Source: a virus (taxonomy: Duplodnaviria; Caudoviricetes). Taken from it: a stretch of 38,095 bases of DNA. Positions 26,518-34,221 of this stretch are shown one piece after another (position 1 is the stretch's first letter; each line of letters begins with the position of its first letter). The position numbers and the translations under genes were made by a program. The notes beneath the pieces were generated by a model. That model worked only from the letters and a program-made list of their open reading frames with translations. It was not told where the DNA came from and did not search any database. Location: positions 1-38,095 of IMG/VR virus record IMGVR_UViG_3300042355_001092; one strand, written 5' to 3'.

Positions 26518-26706
26518 ATGAAAACTCTCTATGTCGAATACCTCAAACCCGCCACCGGCGAGGAAATCTTCACGCTCGGCGGCACTCGCTGGCAGTTCTG
26601 CTGGTGCAAATATCCGACCGGCAAAATCGATCTCGGCGTTTACTCGTTTGCCGGTGACCTCTGCTATTCCTACGAGCATTTCCGTTCCGCCTTCAACCTC
26701 AACTGA
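26518..26706 (+). CDS. Early hypothetical protein
   Basis: Operon packing; aromatic-rich small domain. Confidence 0.6.
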   Translation: MKTLYVEYLKPATGEEIFTLGGTRWQFCWCKYPTGKIDLGVYSFAGDLCYSYEHFRSAFNLN

Positions 26707-26707
26707 C

Positions 26708-26905
26708 ATGGAACTCACCGGCAAAACACCAGCAGGACGCGCCGTTCGCTTAATCAACCGCCCTCTCCCGTGGACCGGCGAGAGGGTCTGGACTCTGGCG
26801 CAAAACAATGTCATCTGGCTCAACGGAACCTACGAGGAATGCCTCGCGAAGTTCCGCGAGGTCACCCAACATGGACTCCAATTGAGCAACGGGGAGGTTC
26901 TGTGA
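26708..26905 (+). CDS. Early hypothetical protein
   Basis: ATG 1 nt after the previous stop; overlaps the next GTG. Confidence 0.55.
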   Translation: MELTGKTPAGRAVRLINRPLPWTGERVWTLAQNNVIWLNGTYEECLAKFREVTQHGLQLSNGEVL

Positions 26906-27081
26906 AAAAGAAAACGAACAAGCACGGCGGTGCGCGGAAAGGTGCTGGTCGCCCTGTTGGGACCGGCACGGGGCGCAAGGCGATCACCAAGTCAGTCACC
27001 ATGCCGCATTCAGCATGGGACCGCCTGGACGCACGGCGCGGAGACAAAACGAGGGGCGCGTACATCGCGGCAAAAATCTGA
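26902..27081 (+). CDS. RHH DNA-binding protein 1 with HGGAR.GAGRP basic arm
   Basis: GGGAGG upstream of GTG; KSVTM-PHSAWDRLDARRG-TRGAYIAAKI beta-alpha-alpha pattern. Confidence 0.7.
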   Translation: MKKKTNKHGGARKGAGRPVGTGTGRKAITKSVTMPHSAWDRLDARRGDKTRGAYIAAKI

Positions 27082-27245
27082 TGGCGAACCAACGCAACCC
27101 GAGGAAGACCCGTGTCTCCGTTTGGCTATTGCCAGAGGAGAGAAAAGCCCTCGCCAAAATGGCGCGGGAGCAAGGCACAAACATGAGTGAGGTGATCAAA
27201 ACTCACCTCGCAAAATACAAAATCAAGTATGCATCCAAAAAATAA
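27081..27245 (+). CDS. RHH (CopG-like) DNA-binding protein 2
   Basis: RVSVWL-LPEERKALAKMAREQG-TNMSEVIK. Confidence 0.75.
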   Translation: MANQRNPRKTRVSVWLLPEERKALAKMAREQGTNMSEVIKTHLAKYKIKYASKK

Positions 27246-27317
27246 ATTCACCCGCCGAGCGAGTGTTCATGCGGGTTTCCGAGCGACTGATAATCCTGTT
27301 GCAAATTTTTGCTTGCA

Positions 27318-27330
27318 GGTTTTAGCAACC
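27318..27330. promoter_or_regulatory. Operator-like palindrome GGTT-N5-AACC before RHH3
   Basis: GGTTTTAGCAACC; related copies at 27651, 28857 and 28887. Confidence 0.6.
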
Positions 27331-27347
27331 CAATATTGACTTCCGCC

Positions 27348-27608
27348 ATGCCCAACCAACATCATCCCGACAAGGAAGTGCTGGGCTTTTACCTCGACCG
27401 GCGACTCGCGCAAAAATTGCGCCGAGCCGCAAGGACAAGGAGCATTCCGATCACCGAGTATCTAAAAGAAGTATTAACAAATGCCACATCGAACATCGAA
27501 CTCACCGAGGCGGATCGCCGCGAAATCGCGGATCGAAAGGCGAGAAAACTTTGCCGTCCGTTTACCCGCAAAACTCGTCCAAAAGCTACGCAAGGTCGCA
27601 AGGACTGA
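27348..27608 (+). CDS. RHH DNA-binding protein 3 with C-terminal extension (repressor candidate)
   Basis: VLGFYL-DRRLAQKLRRAARTRS-IPITEYLKEVL. Confidence 0.7.
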   Translation: MPNQHHPDKEVLGFYLDRRLAQKLRRAARTRSIPITEYLKEVLTNATSNIELTEADRREIADRKARKLCRPFTRKTRPKATQGRKD

Positions 27609-27669
27609 ACGGCGTAGCATCTCGAAACAGGTAGAAAAAATTCTGGATGAGGTTTTAGTAACCCCGTGA
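27481..27669 (+). CDS. Arc-like RHH protein 4, overlapping RHH3 in another frame
   Basis: NFAVRLP-AKLVQKLRKVARTERRS-ISKQVEKIL closely matches the Arc repressor pattern. Confidence 0.7.
   Translation: MPHRTSNSPRRIAAKSRIERRENFAVRLPAKLVQKLRKVARTERRSISKQVEKILDEVLVTP
27651..27663. promoter_or_regulatory. Operator-like palindrome GGTT-N5-AACC before RHH5/xis
   Basis: GGTTTTAGTAACC, 2 nt upstream of GTG 27666. Confidence 0.6.
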
Positions 27670-27794
27670 AAAAATGCCGAACCCCACTCTCCATTCGACT
27701 CGACCGGAACCTCGCCTCCTGGGCAAAGCGGGAGGCAAAGCGGATGGGCGTGAGTCTCTCGGAGTTCATTCGCCGAGCGGTCCTTCGCCGATGA
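27666..27794 (+). CDS. RHH protein 5 (42 aa); absent from the ORF track
   Basis: Translated by hand: MKKCRTPLSIRLDRNLASWAKREAKRMGVSLSEFIRRAVLRR; GTGA and ATGA overlaps at its ends. Confidence 0.7.
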   Translation: MKKCRTPLSIRLDRNLASWAKREAKRMGVSLSEFIRRAVLRR

Positions 27795-27958
27795 AACCGG
27801 CATACCTTCGACCCGAGGATGCCGCCGCCTACGCATCCATCGGGGTCCGCACCCTCTACCGGTGGATCACCACCGGCAAAATCAAACCCTCAAAAATCGG
27901 GAGGGTCCGCCTCATTAAAATCGCCGACCTCGACCGCCTCATCGCCTCCCACCAATGA
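27791..27958 (+). CDS. Excisionase-like HTH_17 protein
   Basis: YLRPEDAAAY.SIG.RTLYRWI..GKI...KIG...LI...DLD. Confidence 0.8.
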   Translation: MKPAYLRPEDAAAYASIGVRTLYRWITTGKIKPSKIGRVRLIKIADLDRLIASHQ

Positions 27959-28049
27959 AAAAAATCTTCCTCGCCGTGTGCCTCTGGTTCCGCTTGCGGC
28001 GTGTCACCTCGGAACCATTCAGCAAGTACAACCCAATCATCAAAAAAAT

Positions 28050-28187
28050 ATGACCGACCCCTTCCTCGCCAAACTGACAATCACCGGCATTTGCCTCGCG
28101 GCTTGCCTCGTCTCTTTCCTTCTCGGGCGTTTGTCCACATGGGCATTCGACCAAACCGAGCAAGAAAAAAACGAGGAGCAGGACTGA
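28050..28187 (+). CDS. Small single-pass membrane protein
   Basis: LTITGICLAACLVSFLLG TM segment and an acidic tail. Confidence 0.5.
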   Translation: MTDPFLAKLTITGICLAACLVSFLLGRLSTWAFDQTEQEKNEEQD

Positions 28188-28230
28188 CCCTGCTCCTCGT
28201 CGCCATACAACAATAAGCTAAATACCAAAT

Positions 28231-28935
28231 ATGACACCTAACGAAAATCAACTCGCAGTCAAGCCGCAACAAAAAGCATCCGCACTCGCCCTCATGGCAA
28301 GCCGGTTGTCCGTTGACCCAACTAAACTCCTCGACACGCTCAAAGCAACAGTCTTCAAGGGCGCGTCGAACGAGGAACTCCTCGCACTCGTCGCCGTGTC
28401 GAACCGCTACGGACTCGACCCCCTCACCAAGCAAATCTATGCGTTCCCGAGCAAGGGCGGGATCACGCCGGTTGTCTCGGTTGACGGGTGGTTGCACATC
28501 CTCAACACGCAACCCCAATTTGACGGGGTGGAGTTCATCTACACCGACGATTCCGATGGCAACCCGCACTCGGTCACGGCGGTCATCCACCGCAAGGACC
28601 GCCAGCACCCGACCAAAGTCACCGAGTATTTCTCGGAGTGCGCGAGGAACACCGAACCTTGGAAGCAGTTCCCGAGGCGGATGCTTCGCCACAAGGTGGT
28701 GAAGGAGGCGGTGCGTGTCGCATTCGGAATCTCGGGCGTGACCGACGAGGATGAGGCGCGGGACATTGCAAAGAACGCAATCGTCGCCGAGCCGGTCGCG
28801 CCGGTCGCCGCGAAGCCGATTTTCCGCAAGAAGAAGGTCGAGGAAATCGCCGCCGAGGTTTCAGTAACCTCCGACATTGCGCCAGAGGTTTCAGTAACCG
28901 CCGTGGAACTCAACCTTGAGGAGGACAGCAAGTGA
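28231..28935 (+). CDS. bet: Single-strand annealing recombinase, Bet/RecT family
   Basis: YGLDPLTKQIYAFP..GGI.PVVSVDGW, EY.SEC and PW.QFP.RMLRHK motifs. Confidence 0.9.
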   Translation: MTPNENQLAVKPQQKASALALMASRLSVDPTKLLDTLKATVFKGASNEELLALVAVSNRYGLDPLTKQIYAFPSKGGITPVVSVDGWLHILNTQPQFDGVEFIYTDDSDGNPHSVTAVIHRKDRQHPTKVTEYFSECARNTEPWKQFPRRMLRHKVVKEAVRVAFGISGVTDEDEARDIAKNAIVAEPVAPVAAKPIFRKKKVEEIAAEVSVTSDIAPEVSVTAVELNLEEDSK

Positions 28936-30014
28936 TCACTCCCGACATCCAATTCCCCGCATCGCAGGATCGCGGCGACAAACCCTCCTGCTCCTCCTTT
29001 GGTCGCTACTCGCTTTGTGCGGGTAGCTTCCAGATCGGACTCTTGGTCCCTCGCGATGAGGGAGGACCGGAGGCACAACTCGGAACGGATGTTCACCTTG
29101 CCCTCTCGGGGGCAAAGGTCGAACTCACCGAGGAAGGAGAGGGAATCTACAACTTGTGCCGGTATCACCTCGAAAAATTGCAGGACGAGGTGATCGGCAA
29201 AGAGGTCACATTCCAATCCTTGGTCGAGCAGAGACTCTGGTGGAAGGGCGAGTGGTCCGGTCAAGCGGACCGAATTGACATCTTTGAGGATGCCGCCCTT
29301 GTCATCGATTACAAAACCGGTCGCGGCGAAGTGACCCCCGCTGACCGCAATATGCAGTTGCGTGGACTCGCGGTGCTGGTCAAACGCCGGTTCCCGACCC
29401 TCAAGAAAATCTATGTGGCGATCATCGCGCCTCGGAGCATCGGGACCACCCTTGCCTGTTACGACGAGGAAGGTCTCGCCGCCGCCACCGAGGAGGTTCT
29501 GGAACTGGTCTCCGAGATCAGCAAAGAACACGCGCCTCGCACTCCCGCGCCTAGTGCTTGCAAATATTGCCCTGCGAAATCGGTTTGTCCCGAGGTTGCC
29601 GAAAAGGCACTCACCCTTCCCGATTCACCCGCGCCGACCACCCTAACTTCCGAGAAACTCTCCGAGTTGCTGGTGATCGCCGAGTATGTCGAGGACTACA
29701 TCATGGCGATCCGCATGGAGGCGAAGTCTCGCCTCGCGCTAGGTGTGCCGCTCAAAGGTTGGTACATGAAAGACGGCGCGAAGAAACGCGCCATCGAGAA
29801 CCCCACCGCCGCCTACAACATTCTCGCCGACAAAATGTCGCCCGAGGATTTCGCGGGGGCTTGTTCGGTTTCGGTCACCAGTCTGGAAAAGGCATACGCG
29901 AAATCCACCGGCTTAAAAGGCAAGGCGGCGAAGGAGGCGTTTGATTCAGAACTCGCGCCGGTCATCACCACCAAGCAGAACGCATCCTCACTCACTCGGG
30001 AGGTCGCACAATGA
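28932..30014 (+). CDS. PD-(D/E)XK exonuclease, DUF2800/Cas4-like
   Basis: C.GS, GT..H, EQR, G.AD, IDYKTG, N.QL and CKYCPAK..CP motifs. Confidence 0.85.
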   Translation: MITPDIQFPASQDRGDKPSCSSFGRYSLCAGSFQIGLLVPRDEGGPEAQLGTDVHLALSGAKVELTEEGEGIYNLCRYHLEKLQDEVIGKEVTFQSLVEQRLWWKGEWSGQADRIDIFEDAALVIDYKTGRGEVTPADRNMQLRGLAVLVKRRFPTLKKIYVAIIAPRSIGTTLACYDEEGLAAATEEVLELVSEISKEHAPRTPAPSACKYCPAKSVCPEVAEKALTLPDSPAPTTLTSEKLSELLVIAEYVEDYIMAIRMEAKSRLALGVPLKGWYMKDGAKKRAIENPTAAYNILADKMSPEDFAGACSVSVTSLEKAYAKSTGLKGKAAKEAFDSELAPVITTKQNASSLTREVAQ

Positions 30015-30373
30015 TCGCCGAGCAAACCGAAATGTGGGGGGGGCTTGAATGCCCTCCCCAAACCCTCGGGGAGGATAATTCACTACCGGCGAGGTTCGAC
30101 CGGTTCGATGCCGCGAACCCGCAAGTCTACGAGGCACTCGTAGGATTGGCTCGGAGCATTCGGAGCAAGCGACCCGATAGCACCATAGGCATCGGGATGC
30201 TCTACGAGGTTCTCCGGTGGAACTGCTACATGGAGACCGACTCGGATGAACCCTACCGGTTGTCGAACGATTTCCGAGCGTTCTATGCCCGAAAAATTAT
30301 GCGCGAAGAGCAGGATTTGGACGGCATTTTCCAAACCAAAAAATCAGTCGCCGACAAGGAGGGCGAGATATGA
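30011..30373 (+). CDS. Conserved phage hypothetical protein
   Basis: NP.VY, IGI..L.EVLRW and N..RAFYAR.IM pattern; GGAGG upstream. Confidence 0.7.
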   Translation: MIAEQTEMWGGLECPPQTLGEDNSLPARFDRFDAANPQVYEALVGLARSIRSKRPDSTIGIGMLYEVLRWNCYMETDSDEPYRLSNDFRAFYARKIMREEQDLDGIFQTKKSVADKEGEI

Positions 30374-30585
30374 CCGATTGGATTGAAAATTTCCTGTGCG
30401 GAGAGTTCCTCGGGTTTCCGTTGGCACAGACTCCCGCCGGTTCAGACGATTGCCTTCGATACGACTACCATCTGAAAATTGATGGGGTCTGGTATGAGAT
30501 TTGCACCGAGTGCCTTTCGTTCAGCAAGAAGGAAGCGTTTCACACCCTGCACCACATCTTTCGCAAACTTTCGGAGGTGGCATGA
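30370..30585 (+). CDS. Hypothetical protein
   Basis: ATGA overlaps on both sides. Confidence 0.55.
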   Translation: MTDWIENFLCGEFLGFPLAQTPAGSDDCLRYDYHLKIDGVWYEICTECLSFSKKEAFHTLHHIFRKLSEVA

Positions 30586-31304
30586 TGCCGACTGCACAAA
30601 TTTTACATGGCGACTGCCATGAACTTCTCAAAAGGTTGCCAGATAATAGTGTAGACATGGTTTTGCTTGATCCTCCACACGATGAATGGGCATCCGCCGC
30701 AAGCGTTTTTGATCAAGTGCCGAGATTATGTCAGACGGGATTTGTGGTTTGTTTTTGTAGGGTATTAGATATACCGCATCTTCTGGAAATAGCACGATTT
30801 AAAAGGTTTCCGTTGTTTGATTCTTATGTTTGGCATGATCCTCAACCATCTTTCGTTCATACATCTCGCGCCCTTAAAACACATGAGCATATTTTAGTGT
30901 TTAAATGCGGGAAACCCAAGTTGCCCTTTTTAAAGATTGGACAACGAAACAAAGACACAACGCCAATTCATAAAGGCAAATCCTCATTAGGAAAATGGAG
31001 TGGGGGGAAAAGGATGTATGCGCCATCAGAATTCAAGCATCTTACGAGTGTTCTTACTTTTCCGAGACCTTTGAATGGTTTGCTTGGAAGATGGCAGAAA
31101 CCTTGCGAACTCATTCGCCTCATGGTGACTGCGTATTGTCCTCGCGGCGGAACGATTCTCGATCCGTTTGCTGGTAGCGGAACGACTGCACAGGTTGCAG
31201 AGGAGGAAGGCAGAGAGTCTGTCTTAATTGAAATCAATCCCAAGTATGCCTCGGCAATAGCCGAAAGGATGTCGCGGGTTCAACCAAGATTTAACCTCGT
31301 ATGA
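30582..31304 (+). CDS. Amino-DNA methyltransferase (N6A/N4C, beta class) with DPPH motif
   Basis: GDC.ELL..LPD.SVD...DPPH, KP.EL, ILDPFAGSGTT and IEINP.Y. Confidence 0.88.
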   Translation: MMPTAQILHGDCHELLKRLPDNSVDMVLLDPPHDEWASAASVFDQVPRLCQTGFVVCFCRVLDIPHLLEIARFKRFPLFDSYVWHDPQPSFVHTSRALKTHEHILVFKCGKPKLPFLKIGQRNKDTTPIHKGKSSLGKWSGGKRMYAPSEFKHLTSVLTFPRPLNGLLGRWQKPCELIRLMVTAYCPRGGTILDPFAGSGTTAQVAEEEGRESVLIEINPKYASAIAERMSRVQPRFNLV

Positions 31305-31723
31305 CCCCCGTCCTGCCACAACGGATCATCGACATCATGGACCCCAAGGACCGAGCCAAACTCGGACCCGCCGGTCGCACCTCGGCGGAAATCCTCCGAG
31401 TGGTCGAGGAACGATCCGAGAAAGAACTTCACCGCGACATTGTCCGGTATCTGAATGTTTTTGGTCTCCCCTTCTGCCATGCGCGGATGGACAAGAAGTC
31501 CAGCATCGCGGAAGGCTACCCCGACTTCTCGTTCCCGTATCGGGGACGCTTTGTCGCATGGGAGGCGAAGACCGCCACCGGCAAGCTATCCCACGCCCAA
31601 CAGGTCACCCGCGAGATGATTGAGCGGAACGGCGGATTCTTCAAAGTGATCCGCGAACTGGAAGACGCGAAGAACCATCTCCGCGAGATCGATGCGATCT
31701 TGGAACCCAAAGTGACCCTGTGA
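31301..31723 (+). CDS. VRR-NUC-like endonuclease / resolvase
   Basis: E..L...I, G.PD, E.K...GKLS.AQ. Confidence 0.8.
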   Translation: MTPVLPQRIIDIMDPKDRAKLGPAGRTSAEILRVVEERSEKELHRDIVRYLNVFGLPFCHARMDKKSSIAEGYPDFSFPYRGRFVAWEAKTATGKLSHAQQVTREMIERNGGFFKVIRELEDAKNHLREIDAILEPKVTL

Positions 31724-32370
31724 TGCACTACTACACTTTTCACCAAAAGGATTACACGGCGGCGACCGCACACCTCTCCAACGAGGAGGACTTGATTTAC
31801 CGGCGACTCATCGACCTCGCATACGATGTCGAGGGACCAATTGCCGGTGACGCAACCGCCATCGCTCGGCGCGTTCGTGCAGATGCAATGCAAGTGCAAT
31901 GCATCCTTACCGAGTTCTGGTTGGAGACCCCCTCGGGATGGGTCAACAACAGGGTCATGCGCGAACTGGAACGCCACAAAGACCACATCGAGGCGAAGAA
32001 AAACGCCGCAAAAACCCGATGGAACAAAGCTCGGGGCAAAGGGTTAACCCCTCCCGATGCAGGTGCATTGCAGGTGCAATCCAAATGCAATGCATCTGGT
32101 ATGCTACCCATTACCCAATACCCAATAGTAAATATATCTATAGAGGAGGCGGAAAAATTCGCCCGTGGACAAGGTCTCCCGACTGATTCTATTCCCGAGT
32201 GGCATTCACACCGGTCTTCCCAAAATTGGGAGAAGACCTCGGGAGTCAAAATCGCCAACTGGCAGTCCGACCTCAAATCGTGGATATACCGCAACGCCCG
32301 TCAAGCACCCCGCCAGAACGGAACAAAACCTAAATCACTAGAACAATCCAAATATGCTGACCACTTCTGA
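31723..32370 (+). CDS. DUF1376/YdaU-type replication initiator
   Basis: MHYY.FH..DY...T.HLS.EE..IY.RL.D..Y, W.N.R...E and a C-terminal NW.......NW domain. Confidence 0.8.
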   Translation: MHYYTFHQKDYTAATAHLSNEEDLIYRRLIDLAYDVEGPIAGDATAIARRVRADAMQVQCILTEFWLETPSGWVNNRVMRELERHKDHIEAKKNAAKTRWNKARGKGLTPPDAGALQVQSKCNASGMLPITQYPIVNISIEEAEKFARGQGLPTDSIPEWHSHRSSQNWEKTSGVKIANWQSDLKSWIYRNARQAPRQNGTKPKSLEQSKYADHF

Positions 32371-33058
32371 CCACCACATCGTGATCTGCAAAAGGTGTGC
32401 CAACACCTTTGAATATCAACCCGTTGTCTACCACGGCAAAGAACTCTTCACCCCGCAATGGTGTGAGGAATGCGTCGAGGTGCTGACCGCCGAGCGTGAC
32501 CAGCATGAACGCGAATCGCGCCAGAACGCCCGTTTAGAAGCGTTTCTTGAATCTGTGCCGCCGGTATATCGGGATACCGATCCCGCGAAGATACACGCCA
32601 ACCTCGCGCAAATGGCGGGGGCGTATCGCTACGGACCAAAGGGTCTCGGCATCATGGGACGATCCGGTGAGGGCAAAACCCGAGCCGCATTCCTGGTCGC
32701 CATGCGGATGGTCGCCGAGGGACGCAAGGTCTATTGGATCGCCGCGACCGATCTTGCCGCCGCCGCCGCAAACCTCTTCGCCGACGATCCCGAGGTGAAA
32801 AGCCGGTCGAATGAAAAAATCCGCCGGTCGATGACCGCCGAGGTTCTGGTTCTCGATGACCTCGGGAAAGGCAAGTTCACCGACCGATCAGAGTCCATGC
32901 TCTACGACCTGTTTGAAACCCGCACCGGCAACCTTCGCCCAACCATCTGGACATCCAACTCCAATGCCAAGCAACTCCACTCGATGATGTCGCCCGACCG
33001 AGCGGACGCACTCATCCGCCGCATGGGGTCTGAATTCCACACAATTGTCAGAATATGA
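32354..33058 (+). CDS. DnaC/IstB-like AAA+ helicase loader
   Basis: Zn-finger C..C/C..C, Walker A GRSGEGKT, Walker B VLVLDDLG, TIWTSN. Confidence 0.88.
   Translation: MLTTSDHHIVICKRCANTFEYQPVVYHGKELFTPQWCEECVEVLTAERDQHERESRQNARLEAFLESVPPVYRDTDPAKIHANLAQMAGAYRYGPKGLGIMGRSGEGKTRAAFLVAMRMVAEGRKVYWIAATDLAAAAANLFADDPEVKSRSNEKIRRSMTAEVLVLDDLGKGKFTDRSESMLYDLFETRTGNLRPTIWTSNSNAKQLHSMMSPDRADALIRRMGSEFHTIVRI
32391..32410. promoter_or_regulatory. Extended operator-like palindrome AAAGGTGT-GCCA-ACACCTTT
   Basis: 8-bp perfect arms; the 14-bp core is identical to 36970-36983. Confidence 0.6.
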
Positions 33059-33477
33059 AAGAGAAACCGAAAACACTTCCCCGAGGCAACCGCAACGGAG
33101 ATGCCGAAATTGAAAAGCGTGTCGCCCGTGTCGCGGAACTGCTTCTCAACGGGTTAACCAATCGCCAGATCGTGGACATTTGTGGACAGGAATTCAAAGC
33201 ATCCCGCACAACTGCTGTCCGCTACATTTCACAGGCAAACGAAAAGATCGCCGCCGAGTTCGACCTCAACCGAAAAGCCGAGGTCTCCAAGGCGGTCGAG
33301 CGTCTCCTGCGAATGCAACAGGAATGCCTCGCCCGTTTCGACTACAAGACCGCCGCGACAATCGAGGGGCAACTCGCCAAAATCTACGGGTTGGAAAAAC
33401 AACAGGTCGAGGTCACGCACTCGGTCGAAGACCCTTGGGTGAAACTCATGCGGGAGATTCGGGAGGGCGCGAAATGA
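33055..33477 (+). CDS. HTH protein, probable terminase small subunit
   Basis: N-terminal HTH (G.TNRQI....F..S.TT..RYI), helical hairpin ending AKIYGL, V.H tail. Confidence 0.6.
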   Translation: MKEKPKTLPRGNRNGDAEIEKRVARVAELLLNGLTNRQIVDICGQEFKASRTTAVRYISQANEKIAAEFDLNRKAEVSKAVERLLRMQQECLARFDYKTAATIEGQLAKIYGLEKQQVEVTHSVEDPWVKLMREIREGAK

Positions 33478-33776
33478 GCGACACATCTGATCTCACCGAA
33501 AACCTCGTCCGCATGGCGGATTGGTACAAGGGGCAAGCGCATTACTACATGGATCAAGCGGCAAAAGCCGAGCGCGAGCGCGACGAGGCGCGGGACATAG
33601 TGGAGAAGTTGACCGGACAAGGACTCGACCTCATGGACGCAAATCGAACCCTAAAGCGTGAACGAGACGAGGCGCGGGAGTTAGTGCAACAGATGTCCGA
33701 GTCCAGCCAAGTGATCCTTGCCGACCTTCGCCACTACCGAGAGGAATGGAAGAAGCTCAAGGAGGGCGCGGCGTGA
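33474..33776 (+). CDS. Coiled-coil protein with RERDEAR repeats
   Basis: RERDEAR occurs twice; GGAG upstream. Confidence 0.65.
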   Translation: MSDTSDLTENLVRMADWYKGQAHYYMDQAAKAERERDEARDIVEKLTGQGLDLMDANRTLKRERDEARELVQQMSESSQVILADLRHYREEWKKLKEGAA

Positions 33777-34054
33777 CCGACTATTGGAACGATCCGCCCG
33801 AAGGCGAAGAGGTTCCCGAGTGTTGTGGAGAGGTAATGCTGGTGAGGTATGACGGCGTGTGCGTGTGCGAGTATTGCAATCGCAAGATCGAACCCGCGCC
33901 AGACCCCGATCCTGGTCCGCCGGTCGAGTTGGACGATTGTGTGCCGGTCGCCGGTCCATGTCCGCACGGCAACCTCGGACCCTGCGACAAGTGCGACTAT
34001 CTCGCCGATCTCGCTTTCGATGCCGCCCGAGAACAACGACTGTGCCGCCGATGA
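33773..34054 (+). CDS. Cys-rich putative Zn-binding protein
   Basis: CCG...C.C..C and CPHG....C..C; AGGAGG upstream. Confidence 0.6.
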   Translation: MTDYWNDPPEGEEVPECCGEVMLVRYDGVCVCEYCNRKIEPAPDPDPGPPVELDDCVPVAGPCPHGNLGPCDKCDYLADLAFDAAREQRLCRR

Positions 34055-34221
34055 AGAACCAACTGGAACTCTACCTTGAAAAGCACCGCATCTCCGAGAC
34101 CCGCGCCATGAACGCCCTCCAGAACCACGGGGTCATCTCGGATAATTGCGTCACCGCCGCCGAGGTAGGCGACACCGGCAAGGCGATCATGTGGCTCAAC
34201 CTGCACCCCGACGATGTGTGA
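34051..34221 (+). CDS. Small hypothetical protein (MN.LQ..G.ISDNCV type)
   Basis: ATGA overlap; globular-looking 56 aa. Confidence 0.6.
   Translation: MKNQLELYLEKHRISETRAMNALQNHGVISDNCVTAAEVGDTGKAIMWLNLHPDDV

Noticed and set aside
1768-29531. Long minus-strand ORFs (e.g. 1768-2724, 5823-6827, 9442-10410, 16762-17697, 28539-29531)
   Set aside because: Antisense shadows of well-supported + strand genes in GC-rich DNA, with no recognisable motifs.
28932-30014. CRISPR-Cas4 system
   Set aside because: No array or other cas genes; the Bet-adjacent context indicates a recombination exonuclease.
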